Assembly: GCA_964608075.1 (NCBI GenBank) | Contig: CAZSMG010000002.1 | Location: 5,154-69,153 of the forward strand | Reading direction: 5' to 3' | DNA from: an uncultured Clostridium sp. | GTDB taxonomy: Bacteria; Bacillota; Clostridia; TANB77; CAG-508 | Length of the DNA stretch: 64,000 nt | Shown here: piece after piece, positions 32,401-42,294 of the stretch | How the letters are laid out: each line of letters starts with the position of its first letter | Numbering within the stretch: position 1 is the first letter of the stretch | Notes under the pieces: model-generated | Told to the model about the DNA's origin: nothing | The model's input: the letters and a program-made list of their open reading frames with translations, nothing else | The model's database searches: none | Translations under genes and position numbers: made by a program

Positions 32401-33732
32401 TTGAGAAAGATTCAAAATTCAATGTATTCAGATTTTCCCCAAAATAGAAAGAACAAAAAGATTAAGAAATCAAAAATATTTTTAATAGTAGTTTTATTTA
32501 TATGTATAATTATAGCAAGCTTTGTAGCATATAGTACTTTCAAAAATGGATGGGGATTAAGAGGAATGCTTGCAACTGCGGTGGGACATAATGCACAAAC
32601 GAAAGATAATTTAGAAGAATTTAAAGTATTATTACTTGGAGTAAGTCAAGACATATCATCAAATCTTTCAGATACAATAATAGTTGCTTCATATAACCCT
32701 AAAATGCAAAGAGGAACGCTGCTTTCAATACCAAGGGATACTTATATTGGAAACAATGAAAAAACGGCAGATTCATATGATAAAATAAACGCAGTATATA
32801 AAAAAGGACCAGATGAGATACTAGATAAAGTAAATAATATAACAGGATTAGATATAAAATATTATGTTGTAATAGAAACAGAAGCTTTAGCTAAACTTGT
32901 AGATACAATTGGAGGAGTTGAATTTGATGTCCCAATTGAAATGGACTATGATGATCCAACACAGGATTTGCATATACATTTAGATAAAGGATCTCAAATA
33001 TTAAATGGAAAACAAGCAGAACAAGTGGTAAGATTTAGACATAATAATAATGGGACAACTTATTCATCAGAATATGGAGATAATGACATAGGAAGGATGA
33101 AGACACAAAGAGCATTTCTAACCCAAGTTTTAAAACAGACAATAAATATAAAAAATATATTTAGAATAAATGAACTATTAGATATAGCATATGAAAATGT
33201 TCAAACAAATATTGATTTAGAGTCTGTAAAAGACTATATTCCATATGTTATAGAATTTGATATCAATAATTTACAAACAGGAGTACTTCCTGGAGAGCCT
33301 AAGAGAATTAATAATTTATGGTTTTTTAAGTATAATAAGAGTAAAACAAAAGAGCTTATAGAAAAAATGTATGATTATAAAGATATACAAGACGATGTTG
33401 AAAATGATTTTGATGTAACTAAAGAAAATACAACATTAAATACATTAGGTGTAAAAAGTAAAGAAGATGTTAAAATAGAAGTGTTAAACGGAAGCGGAAA
33501 AAGTGTCAATTTGACTAAAGTAGTAAATATTTTAAAAGACGAAGGATATAATGTATACAAAACAGGAACGACTGCTACAACAAGTAATACTGAGATAAAA
33601 AATAGGACAAATTGTAGCTTAAGTATTTCTTCGAACATAAGAGATACCTTAGGAGTAGGATCTATAAAATCTAGTTATAATGCAAATAGTACTATAGATT
33701 ATACAATTATAATTGGAAAAGATTATAAATAA
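32401..33732 (+). CDS. LytR-CpsA-Psr (LCP) family cell-wall polymer ligase
   Basis: Single TM anchor, LCP core (LLLGVSQD...IIVASYNP...LLSIPRDTY) and a C-terminal LytR_C-like domain. TTG start with a GAGGTGG RBS. Confidence 0.8.
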   Translation: MRKIQNSMYSDFPQNRKNKKIKKSKIFLIVVLFICIIIASFVAYSTFKNGWGLRGMLATAVGHNAQTKDNLEEFKVLLLGVSQDISSNLSDTIIVASYNPKMQRGTLLSIPRDTYIGNNEKTADSYDKINAVYKKGPDEILDKVNNITGLDIKYYVVIETEALAKLVDTIGGVEFDVPIEMDYDDPTQDLHIHLDKGSQILNGKQAEQVVRFRHNNNGTTYSSEYGDNDIGRMKTQRAFLTQVLKQTINIKNIFRINELLDIAYENVQTNIDLESVKDYIPYVIEFDINNLQTGVLPGEPKRINNLWFFKYNKSKTKELIEKMYDYKDIQDDVENDFDVTKENTTLNTLGVKSKEDVKIEVLNGSGKSVNLTKVVNILKDEGYNVYKTGTTATTSNTEIKNRTNCSLSISSNIRDTLGVGSIKSSYNANSTIDYTIIIGKDYK

Positions 33733-33746
33733 AAGGAGGAGAGTAA

Positions 33747-34076
33747 ATGGAAGATATATTACTTAAAAAAATAGAAAAAATATTAGACAATAAAAAAGCA
33801 CAAAACATTACAATTATTAATACAAAAGAAAAGAGTTCACTTGCAGATTATTTTGTTATAGTTACAGGTACTTCCAGTACACATATAAAATCCTTGTCTG
33901 ACAATGTTGAGCAAGATTTAAAAAAAGAAAATATATATCCAAGAAAAATAGAAGGATATAATACTGGAACATGGATACTTATGGACTACAATGAAGTTAT
34001 TGTAAATATATTTACAGAAGAGGAAAGACAAAAATATAACTTAGAAGAGCTTTTAGAGAAAGCTCCACATATATAA
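33747..34076 (+). CDS. rsfS: Ribosomal silencing factor RsfS (Iojap)
   Basis: DYFVIVTGTS...WILMDYNEVIVNIF, about 110 aa. Confidence 0.85.
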   Translation: MEDILLKKIEKILDNKKAQNITIINTKEKSSLADYFVIVTGTSSTHIKSLSDNVEQDLKKENIYPRKIEGYNTGTWILMDYNEVIVNIFTEEERQKYNLEELLEKAPHI

Positions 34077-34087
34077 AATAAAACATA

Positions 34088-34116
34088 GAATAGAAAATTT
34101 TTCTATTCTATGTATA
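34088..34116. terminator. Bidirectional terminator hairpin
   Basis: catagaatagaaaa-ttt-ttctattctatg lies between convergent genes. Confidence 0.7.
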
Positions 34117-34153
34117 TATTAATTTACTTATATTCAAAATATATTTTAAAATC

Positions 34154-35422
34154 TTAATATAATATTTTTATCCTTTTTGATTTCCTTTTTGTTTTATTAC
34201 TCGAAGTAATCATTTTATATAAAAGAAATAGTACTATTGCTAACAAAATGATTTGGAATAATCTTACACCAAATTTTGATTTTTCTACATCATTTGCTGC
34301 TAATAAATCAGCAGAATATTCTATTCCATCAATTTTATATTTAATATTTCCGATAATTGCACCTTTTGAAATTGGAGCAGATATATTTTCATTTATTGTT
34401 ATTGTAGGTAAAATATCATTACTATTTTCAGATTTTGAAACTAATGCAGTTATATCTGAAGACATACATAAATTTAAACTTTTTGTGTCTCTTGTAGCTT
34501 TTGGAATGTCTATTTGAGTTACAATATCATCTTTTGATTTTATTTTTCTTATTGTGTAATTTTCATATCCATATTCAAACATATTCCTTGAATCAATATA
34601 TCTAGCACTTAAACCTTCTTGAGTTTGAGTAGCCCCTAAAACAACACTTATTAATTCAAATCCGTCTTTATTGCTAGCTGAAACTAAGCAGTTTTTGGCT
34701 TGACTTGTGTATCCTGTTTTTATTCCAATAGCATATTTATAATAATAGTTATCTTTTCTAGTAGTATTATTAAGTTTTAATAAATCATTTGTTGTATTAA
34801 ACATTCTCTCTTCATATTTATTAGTTGCAGGTATTGTACAAGATTTTTTACATACTATATTTCTAAATGTAGTATTTTGCATACAATATTTAGCAATTAA
34901 AGCTAAATCATAGGCAGTAGTATAATGGTTTTCATCATGTATTCCACTTGGGTTTGTAAAATGAGTATCACTACATCCTATTTCCAAAGCCTTAGTGTTC
35001 ATCATTGTAGCAAAACTTTCTACAGATCCTCCAACGTGTTCTGCTAAAACATAACCTGCTTCATTTGCAGAATGAACAAGAAAAACTTCTAATAATTGTT
35101 TTATTGTTAATTCTTCTCCAACTTGAATTGCTGCATTTGAATATCCTGAAGGTATAGCCATAACAGCATCATAACTTGCAGTTACTTTATCATCTAAGTT
35201 ACAATTTTCTATAGCTATTATTGCAGTTAGTATTTTTGTAGTACTTGCTGGATATCTTTTTTCTTTAGAATTTTTTTCGAAAAGTATTTTCCCAGTTGAA
35301 GAATCCATTAAAATTGCTGCTTCTGAATTAATTGTTAATTCTGTATCTGCAGCAAAACTATAATTACTAAATAAAAGTATTATTACGAAAAATAATGTAA
35401 AAATTAATCTTTTGAATTTCAT
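34154..35422 (-). CDS. D-alanyl-D-alanine carboxypeptidase (PBP5/DacB-like, peptidase S11)
   Basis: SxxK (ASTTK), SxN (HSANEA) and KTG (KTGYT) motifs. Signal peptide. The start is set at MKFKRL, which has a GGAG RBS. The track ORF starts at 35542. Confidence 0.85.
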   Translation of the reverse strand: MKFKRLIFTLFFVIILLFSNYSFAADTELTINSEAAILMDSSTGKILFEKNSKEKRYPASTTKILTAIIAIENCNLDDKVTASYDAVMAIPSGYSNAAIQVGEELTIKQLLEVFLVHSANEAGYVLAEHVGGSVESFATMMNTKALEIGCSDTHFTNPSGIHDENHYTTAYDLALIAKYCMQNTTFRNIVCKKSCTIPATNKYEERMFNTTNDLLKLNNTTRKDNYYYKYAIGIKTGYTSQAKNCLVSASNKDGFELISVVLGATQTQEGLSARYIDSRNMFEYGYENYTIRKIKSKDDIVTQIDIPKATRDTKSLNLCMSSDITALVSKSENSNDILPTITINENISAPISKGAIIGNIKYKIDGIEYSADLLAANDVEKSKFGVRLFQIILLAIVLFLLYKMITSSNKTKRKSKRIKILY

Positions 35423-35522
35423 ATTAAAATCTCCTAAAAATAATATAGAACTAATATATATTATTTTTAGACAAAATTCAATCTTTTTTATTAAAAATAT
35501 ACAAATTATAAGGAGGAAAAAA

Positions 35523-36170
35523 ATGAATAACTTAAATAACAAAAAAATTACAATTGTAGTGGTGATAATTATTATAGGGGTAATAGGATATTTTTTATAT
35601 AATTATTTTGGATATGGAGGAATGCAAGAAAATATATTAGAAGAAAATAATATTTTACTTTCATATAATGAAGAAAATATTAGTGAGAAAACAAATAGTA
35701 GTAAGCAAGAAAATACAATATTTGTACATATTGTAGGAGAAGTAGCAAACCCTGGAATTATTGAACTTAAAGAGGGAGATAGAGTATTTAATGCTATTTC
35801 TAAAGCAGGAGGAACTACAAAAAATGCAGATACATCTAAAATAAATTTAGCAGAATTAGTAGAAGATGGAATGAAAATAAAAGTTCCTAATGTTAATGAT
35901 AAAGATGAGAATAATGAAAATATATCAGAAAAAGAAATATCTATTAATAAGACTCAAAAAACTGAAAAAGAAATAAAAGTTATAAATATAAATACAGCAA
36001 CTAAAGTAGAACTTGAAACACTTCCAGGAATAGGAGAAGCTACTGCTTTAAAAATTATATCTTATAGAAAGGAAAAAGGGAAATTTTCTAAAATAGAAGA
36101 TATTAAGAATGTAAGTGGAATAGGAGATTCAAAGTTTGAGAAAATTAAAAAATATATAAGTGTAAAATAA
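35523..36170 (+). CDS. comEA: ComEA-like DNA-binding protein (SLBB plus tandem helix-hairpin-helix)
   Basis: TM anchor, SLBB-like segment (VHIVGEVANPG...), and a C-terminal HhH pair (LETLPGIGEATALKII...IKNVSGIGDSKFEKIK). The start is set at MNNLNN, which has a GGAGG RBS. Confidence 0.8.
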   Translation: MNNLNNKKITIVVVIIIIGVIGYFLYNYFGYGGMQENILEENNILLSYNEENISEKTNSSKQENTIFVHIVGEVANPGIIELKEGDRVFNAISKAGGTTKNADTSKINLAELVEDGMKIKVPNVNDKDENNENISEKEISINKTQKTEKEIKVININTATKVELETLPGIGEATALKIISYRKEKGKFSKIEDIKNVSGIGDSKFEKIKKYISVK

Positions 36171-36172
36171 AA

Positions 36173-36203
36173 GACAAGTCTACAAGATAAAAAGCAGACT
36201 TGT
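36173..36203. terminator. Bidirectional terminator between comEA and maf
   Basis: Hairpin acaagtct-acaagataaaaag-cagacttgt. Confidence 0.6.
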
Positions 36204-36210
36204 TCTAGTA

Positions 36211-36768
36211 TTAGTTTATATATTCCTTAATAAAATCGTATAGTTTATGCATAGGAAGTCCAATAACAGTTGTGTAATTTCCTTCAATCTTATCTACATA
36301 TATACAAAATTCACTTTGGATAGCATAAGCACCAGCTTTGTCAAAAGGATTGCCAGTTTTTATCCATTTTTCTATTTCTTCATCTGACATATCTTTTAAG
36401 TATACATTTGCAATATCTACATCTGTTTTTTGAGTATAATTTTGGCCATCTTGAATAAGAACTGGTAAACTTGTAATTACTTGATGTTTAGCATTCTTCA
36501 GGGTATTTAACATTTTAATTGCATCTTCTTTATCTTTTGGTTTTCCATATATTTTATTATCTTTAATAACCATCGTATCAGAGCCTATTACTATTTTATC
36601 AAAGATTGCTTTTGCTTTTATGTATGCTAATCTTTTTGATTGCTCTTTTATAGATAATCCATCTTCAAATGTTTCATCTACATTGCTTACCTTAATTTCA
36701 TAATTTATTTTTAATAAGTCCATAAGGTCTTTTCTTCTTGGGGATTGTGATGCTAATATAATTTTCAT
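36211..36768 (-). CDS. maf: Maf nucleoside-triphosphate pyrophosphatase / septum-formation protein
   Basis: N-terminus MKIILASQSPRRKDLM and a conserved Maf core. 185 aa. Confidence 0.9.
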   Translation of the reverse strand: MKIILASQSPRRKDLMDLLKINYEIKVSNVDETFEDGLSIKEQSKRLAYIKAKAIFDKIVIGSDTMVIKDNKIYGKPKDKEDAIKMLNTLKNAKHQVITSLPVLIQDGQNYTQKTDVDIANVYLKDMSDEEIEKWIKTGNPFDKAGAYAIQSEFCIYVDKIEGNYTTVIGLPMHKLYDFIKEYIN

Positions 36769-36787
36769 TTTAAAATCTCCTTATATA

Positions 36788-36822
36788 AAAAAAAGAAGAG
36801 ATAGATACACCGTATCTATCTC
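36788..36822 (-). terminator. Rho-independent terminator of the SCIFF gene
   Basis: Hairpin gagatagatac-acc-gtatctatctc followed (on the minus strand) by a U-run. Confidence 0.75.
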
Positions 36823-36846
36823 CTCGAACATGGTTGCCTCTATAAA

Positions 36847-37002
36847 TTACCTAGAGGTATTTTCGCAAGTCTGATTTCCTACGGTACAAGAAGTTTTGCA
36901 TGCACTCTGACAAGAAGTTTGGCACTCGCCACATCCGCCTTTATGCAAGGTATTATTCATTGTACTTGTAGTCAATGTTTTAATATGCTTTATTTCTTTC
37001 AT
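36847..37002 (-). CDS. scfA: SCIFF (six-Cys-in-forty-five) ribosomal peptide precursor, not present in the ORF track
   Basis: Minus-strand translation gives MKEIKHIKTLTTSTMNNTLHKGGCGECQTSCQSACKTSCTVGNQTCENTSR. It has an AAAGGAG RBS, a terminator immediately downstream, and the six-Cys C-x2-C-x3-C-x3-C-x3-C-x6-C pattern characteristic of SCIFF. Confidence 0.8.
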   Translation of the reverse strand: MKEIKHIKTLTTSTMNNTLHKGGCGECQTSCQSACKTSCTVGNQTCENTSR

Positions 37003-37100
37003 GTTCTGTGCTCCTTTCATATACAAAAGGGTCTACAAGCTACTACATAATGGTAACATTATGACTACAATATGATATAACTTTTAAATTGAATTGTCAA

Positions 37101-38624
37101 CTAGATTTCATTTATACTATTATATTTTGGTGTATATTTGTTATTGTTATACTTTTTTTTGATATATTGTAAATCAAGCTGTTGTAATTTTTTTGAAGCA
37201 TTATTTATTGATATATTATATGATTGCCAAGAATCATGTTTTTTAATATTTTTTTTGCTATTAAATAAATAATTGTTTACTTTTCTATTTAAGTCTTCAT
37301 CATCTTTTATATTATTCAATAATCTAGTAACTTCTAAAATTACATCGGTAGTATCTAAATCTTCTATATAATCAAAGTCTATTTTGCCAGTTTGGAAATA
37401 TAAATCTATATTTCTTTTTGCTATTAATTTATCAATGTTTATAAAATTAAGTAATACATACATTGTAAGTGCTATTGCTAAATAGCTTTGAAATAGTTTT
37501 ATTTTTTTCTCTAATATATATAATATTGTAGGAATTATTAGTAAACATTCAGTTACAAGTGCAGTATATACAAATAGTCTTAATCTTGTATATCCATATT
37601 TTGCCTCATACATGTTCATTTTTCCAAATGATACAATGATTAAAATAACTGTAAATACAACCATTAATATATTCATAAGTTTTTTATAATTTTTTGAACT
37701 ATTGCTTTCTTCAAATTTATTTATTTTTGACACTATTACTAATACTAAATTTATAAAAGATAATAACATAAGTTGGAAAAAGCCTTGTCTTGCACTTTGA
37801 GAATATACCTGTGTACCAGTTTTATCAAATAAATTTAATAATTGTACAATACTAAAGATAAAATATATTACATTTAGTATTGTTAGCACAGTATTTATTG
37901 TAAATATATCTATTTTTATTTCTTTTGGTCTTGATATATTATCCATTACATTTAAAGAGCTATGCTCATTAACTAAATTATATATGAAACTTACAAAATA
38001 TATAAATAATACAAAGATTATAAATAATCTTAATAATAAATATAAAAATTCCATGCTTGTAAATAATTCTATAATATAATCTGAAACCCAACTAAACATT
38101 CTAGCAAAGCTATCATCTGCAGATATTAATAAAAATAATACTATTAATACAATAGGTATTGATATTAATATTGCTTTTATTATTTTTTTAGTAAGTACGG
38201 TTTTAGGATTATCTTTTTCTTTATTAGTTACTATAGCTTTTTTCATTAGTTTAAAAGCTTCATTTATAAATTCGAGAGATCCAAATATTATACTAAATAT
38301 TTTAGAAAGTAATAATGAAATTTTAATATTATCATGTAACATCCATAGTACCATTGTTGCAAACGTTCCAAGTATTACAAATAAATTGGCTATGTTAAAT
38401 AGCGGATTATTAAAAATAAAATATGTAGCACTTAAAAGTATTATTGGAATTGATAATATTAGTGCTTTTTTGTTTTTGATTTTTTTAAGTTTGTCTAATA
38501 CGATGTATAATCCTATAATTACTGAGATAGAAAACAATACTGCAGATATTCCTACACTTTGTCTGTAAAATAGTACAGAATGGATTATACTTAAAATTAA
38601 ACTTACAATTAATGCTAGTTGCAT
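37101..38624 (-). CDS. Large polytopic membrane protein (507 aa), DUF4173-like (tentative)
   Basis: More than 10 TM segments. No radical-SAM CxxxCxxC motif. Confidence 0.5.
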   Translation of the reverse strand: MQLALIVSLILSIIHSVLFYRQSVGISAVLFSISVIIGLYIVLDKLKKIKNKKALILSIPIILLSATYFIFNNPLFNIANLFVILGTFATMVLWMLHDNIKISLLLSKIFSIIFGSLEFINEAFKLMKKAIVTNKEKDNPKTVLTKKIIKAILISIPIVLIVLFLLISADDSFARMFSWVSDYIIELFTSMEFLYLLLRLFIIFVLFIYFVSFIYNLVNEHSSLNVMDNISRPKEIKIDIFTINTVLTILNVIYFIFSIVQLLNLFDKTGTQVYSQSARQGFFQLMLLSFINLVLVIVSKINKFEESNSSKNYKKLMNILMVVFTVILIIVSFGKMNMYEAKYGYTRLRLFVYTALVTECLLIIPTILYILEKKIKLFQSYLAIALTMYVLLNFINIDKLIAKRNIDLYFQTGKIDFDYIEDLDTTDVILEVTRLLNNIKDDEDLNRKVNNYLFNSKKNIKKHDSWQSYNISINNASKKLQQLDLQYIKKKYNNNKYTPKYNSINEI

Positions 38625-38637
38625 GATTTTATTCCTC

Positions 38638-39258
38638 CTATATTAAAATATTTACTTTCTTATTTTTTATTAATTCTTTAAAATTAATAGCATCTTCTTT
38701 ACTTCCTATTAGTTCCCCATAATGAGTAGGAATTACTATTTTTGCATGGATTTTATTTGCAAGGTCTGCAGCTTCTTCATAGTTCATAGTAAATTTTCCA
38801 CCAACTGGGATTAATGCTATATCACATTTTATGTTTTGAATTTCTTTTATATTATCAGTATCTCCTGCTATATAATATTTAGTAGAGTCTATATTTATTA
38901 GATAGCCAACCCAGTTATTTTCTTTTGGGTGAAATGGCTTATTTTCATTATATGCATATGTTGTTTCAAATTCTAAGTCATCTATTTTATAAGAATATCC
39001 AGGTTCTACTAAAAGTAAATTTTTCTCTTGTACTAATTTTAATGCTTCTTCTTTAGAAGATTTTACTATTATTATTTTGGTTTCGTTGTTTATAATTTTT
39101 TGTATGTCTTCACTTGAAAAATGATCATAGTGTGAGTGTGTACAAAATATATAATCTGCATCATGTGCTGCATTTTTTATTCTAAACGGATCTATGTATA
39201 TAGTCTTTGACGCATTTATTTTTATACTACTATGACATAAAAGATCTAAGTTTTCCAT
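38638..39258 (-). CDS. MBL-fold metallo-hydrolase
   Basis: HxHxDH motif (THSHYDHFS). 206 aa. Confidence 0.75.
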   Translation of the reverse strand: MENLDLLCHSSIKINASKTIYIDPFRIKNAAHDADYIFCTHSHYDHFSSEDIQKIINNETKIIIVKSSKEEALKLVQEKNLLLVEPGYSYKIDDLEFETTYAYNENKPFHPKENNWVGYLINIDSTKYYIAGDTDNIKEIQNIKCDIALIPVGGKFTMNYEEAADLANKIHAKIVIPTHYGELIGSKEDAINFKELIKNKKVNILI

Positions 39259-39319
39259 ATGACCTCCTTTTAATTTAGTATATTATATCAATTTAATATT
39301 TATATGTCTAGTTTTATAA

Positions 39320-39350
39320 AAAATAAAAAAGCAAGAAAACTTGCTTTTTA
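39320..39350 (-). terminator. Rho-independent terminator after rubredoxin
   Basis: Hairpin aaaaagcaag-aaaa-cttgcttttt. Confidence 0.7.
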
Positions 39351-39355
39351 AAAAA

Positions 39356-39496
39356 TTATTCCTCTATTTTTTTAAACATATCTTTTCCAACTCCACATAA
39401 TGGACATACCCAATCATCTGGTAGGTCTTCAAATCTTACACTTTCTGCTTCATCATCATAAATATAACCACAAGCAATACATTCATATTTTGCCAT
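39356..39496 (-). CDS. Rubredoxin (46 aa), not present in the ORF track
   Basis: Minus-strand translation gives [46 protein letters not shown]. It has the CxxCG...CPxCG motifs and an AAGGAGG RBS. It lies immediately downstream of the flavodiiron gene. Confidence 0.85.
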   Translation of the reverse strand: MAKYECIACGYIYDDEAESVRFEDLPDDWVCPLCGVGKDMFKKIEE

Positions 39497-39512
39497 AATA
39501 TCACCTCCTTAT

Positions 39513-40685
39513 TTATTTTTGTAATATTTCGTCTGCTAATATTTCAAGTTCTTTAGTAGTGTCTTTTTTCATTCTTGATTTTATTGTAACCATTTTATCA
39601 CAAATTGTTATATCTTTCATATTATTTAAGATTTCAAGAATACATTTTCCTGCAGTAGGTGCCCAAGTTCCATTTTCAATTATTCCAACTCTACGATTTT
39701 GATAGTTTTTACTTTTTAAATGGTTTAAAAATTGTTCCATAGGTGGAAAAACTTCAGCATTATAACTTGATGCTGCTAATATTAATTTATCATATCTAAA
39801 GGCATCTTCTATAGATTCTGCCATATCGTTTCTTGATAAATCTGCTATAGATACTTTTCTTACACCTTTTTGTTTTAAAATTTTAGCAAATTCTTTAGCA
39901 GCTTCTGCAGTATTTCCATGTATAGATGCGTATGCTATAAATACCCCATCATCTTCCGGTTTATAGCTACTCCAAATATCATATTTATTAATATAATGAT
40001 TTAGGTTTTCTTTAAGTATTGGCCCATGAAGCGGACATATAATTTTAATATCTAAATTTGATGCTTTTTTTAAAACATTTTGTACTTGAATGCCATATTT
40101 TCCGACTATATTAAAATAATACCTACGAGCTTCACAATCCCAGTCTTCATCAGTATCTAGACAGCCAAATTTACCAAATGCATCAGCTGAAAATAGTACT
40201 TTTTCACTTTCTTCGTATGTGAACATTACCTCAGGCCAATGTACCATTGGTGCCATAATAAATGTAAGAGTATGTTTACCAATGTTTAGAGTATCTCCTT
40301 CATTTACAACTACTTTTCTGTCTTCTAAATTTGTGATATCAAAAAATTGAGGCATATATGTAAATGTTTTTGAATTTCCTACAATTTTCATGTTTGGATA
40401 TTTATTTGCAATTAATTCTATGTTATAAGCATGGTCTGGTTCCATATGTGATACTACTAAATAATCTGGCTTCTCGCCTGCAAGTTCCCTTTCTAAATTT
40501 TCTAACCATTCTTTAGTTGCTCTTTTATCAATAGTATCCATTATAACATTTTTTTCATCTTTTATCAGATATGAGTTATATGATATCCCATTTGGTACAA
40601 TATATTGACTTTCAAAAAGGTCAATTGTTTTGTCATCAGCTCCTATATATTTTATTGAATCAGAAATGATTATATTACTTTTCAT
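39513..40685 (-). CDS. Flavodiiron protein (FprA-type O2/NO reductase)
   Basis: N-terminal MBL-like di-iron domain (HMEPDHAYN). C-terminal flavodoxin-like domain (FIAYASIHGNTAEAAKEF). Confidence 0.85.
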   Translation of the reverse strand: MKSNIIISDSIKYIGADDKTIDLFESQYIVPNGISYNSYLIKDEKNVIMDTIDKRATKEWLENLERELAGEKPDYLVVSHMEPDHAYNIELIANKYPNMKIVGNSKTFTYMPQFFDITNLEDRKVVVNEGDTLNIGKHTLTFIMAPMVHWPEVMFTYEESEKVLFSADAFGKFGCLDTDEDWDCEARRYYFNIVGKYGIQVQNVLKKASNLDIKIICPLHGPILKENLNHYINKYDIWSSYKPEDDGVFIAYASIHGNTAEAAKEFAKILKQKGVRKVSIADLSRNDMAESIEDAFRYDKLILAASSYNAEVFPPMEQFLNHLKSKNYQNRRVGIIENGTWAPTAGKCILEILNNMKDITICDKMVTIKSRMKKDTTKELEILADEILQK

Positions 40686-40809
40686 ATATTTTCTCCTTTT
40701 TACTTAGAATTTATTTGCTTAAAAAGTAAAAATTCTATTAGAGTTTTCCACAATTTGTAACTCTTTTGTGAATTATTACTTTTATTTTTTAGTGTTTTTG
40801 AAACTTAAA

Positions 40810-40941
40810 TTAGTCTTTTTTAGGGTCTTTTTTTTCTTTATTAGTTTCTATTTCAAATCCATAGCCATCTAATAATTTATTTACTGATTTCATAATGTCA
40901 TCTATATTTTCATCATAATCATCTTTTACTAAATTAAACAT
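40810..40941 (-). CDS. Small acidic hypothetical protein (43 aa), not in the ORF track
   Basis: MFNLVKDDYDENIDDIMKSVNKLLDGYGFEIETNKEKKDPKKD, with a GGAGG RBS 6 nt upstream. Confidence 0.35.
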   Translation of the reverse strand: MFNLVKDDYDENIDDIMKSVNKLLDGYGFEIETNKEKKDPKKD

Positions 40942-40984
40942 ACATAACCTCCATTTATAGTAAAAGAGAAACTTTTTGTTTCCC

Positions 40985-41539
40985 TTATTTATTTTCTTCT
41001 TTATTAAATTTATTCAAAATTGTTCCAACTACATGTACAATTGCAGTTGAATTTTTATTTGCTATTTCTTTTCCAGCGGCTTTGCCACTTATTGTAATTG
41101 AAGCAACTAATGCGCTTGCAAATATTTGAACATTTGAATCTAATCCAAAGCTTTCAGATATTTTTATAGCTATCATGGCACTTAATGCACCACTTAATAC
41201 TCCACATATATCCCCAATTACATCTGCACATATATTAGCAACTTTAGCTGAGTTTTTAATAAGCTTTAATGATTTTTTAGATCCTTCAACTTTTTTTGTT
41301 GCCTTTGCATGGAATTCATCTTCATTTGCAACTGTTACTGCTACACCTATTATATCAAATATGATACCTAATACAATTACTAGAAGTAAAATTAGTATTG
41401 CTCCTATTATTGATAATTTAGATACTACATTTGAAGATATAAATGAAAAAAATAAAGATAGTGTAAAAGCAATAAAAAATACTTGTATACACCATTTTTT
41501 ATTAGAATCTTTATTTTTCGAGTCTGCATTATCTTTCAT
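40985..41539 (-). CDS. Small four-TM membrane protein (184 aa), possibly OapA-like
   Basis: Four hydrophobic helices, about 20 kDa. Directly downstream of, and co-directional with, the about 700-nt ORF-free structured region. Confidence 0.5.
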   Translation of the reverse strand: MKDNADSKNKDSNKKWCIQVFFIAFTLSLFFSFISSNVVSKLSIIGAILILLLVIVLGIIFDIIGVAVTVANEDEFHAKATKKVEGSKKSLKLIKNSAKVANICADVIGDICGVLSGALSAMIAIKISESFGLDSNVQIFASALVASITISGKAAGKEIANKNSTAIVHVVGTILNKFNKEENK

Positions 41540-41569
41540 GTGTTTATTTATTCTCCTTAAAATTATATA

Positions 41570-42290
41570 ATGTTTTAGATGGTAAAGTCTAAGTAAATTT
41601 TACGGTTTAGGTCTAGTCGAATTTCTCTATTTTCCACTTGGCATTACTGCCATAGCCGTTTCCGTTTAAAGAAAATATCTACTATGTATAAAAGCAGACA
41701 CCAGATCGCCACTCAAATCCGTACCTTAATCCTTAGACTTTTATGCTTCTATCGAAGCAAACACTCTAGAAGTTTTCCTTGATATACTTTTAATTATTAT
41801 TAGTTTCTTTTGCAAATGTAATTTCATACCTGAAAACAAATAATAATTGGCCTAATTAATATTTGTTCAGTTGGAGGTAATCCCAGTACATTCACTCAAA
41901 ACAGGCTACACTATGCTTTGTGTCTTGGCACTTAGCATAGGTTATACTTAAAAAAATATTTAAGCCTCCGCGAAATCAGGGGGTTATATGTATGCCATTA
42001 CATACTACCCTAATTTCTTTACTCCCTGAAAGCACGCAAAACTGGCATCTCGCGCACAAACAAGAAACTTCAACGATGTGCCCTTTAGTGGATTTTTAGC
42101 CCCACCCTCATAATAATTAGTATAACTAGAATAATGCACCATCGATATTATTATACCAAATTTTGTTAAATTTTCAAATATTTAATCAAACATGATTAGG
42201 TTGTTTTTACTTATATTATTTTGAAATTCAAACATTTTTCTGATTTTATAATAATATCTAATTTATTCTTTATTTTTCTTCCATTTTCTT
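41570..42290 (-). ncRNA. Candidate large structured non-coding RNA (OLE-like?), strand inferred from the downstream gene
   Basis: About 720 nt contain no ORF of 60 aa or more in any frame. G+C is visibly higher than in the flanks. Many local inversely complementary segments are present (e.g. atgtatgccattacat, gcctccgcgaaatcagggggttat). The region lies between two co-directional minus-strand genes. Confidence 0.3.
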
Positions 42291-42294
42291 CTAT

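Noticed and set aside
41570-42290. tmRNA, RNase P RNA or SRP RNA as the identity of the structured non-coding region
   Set aside because: No tRNA-like 3-prime end with a tag reading frame ending in ALAA-type residues was found. No AGGAAAGTCC-type RNase P segment is present. The region is too long for SRP or 6S RNA.
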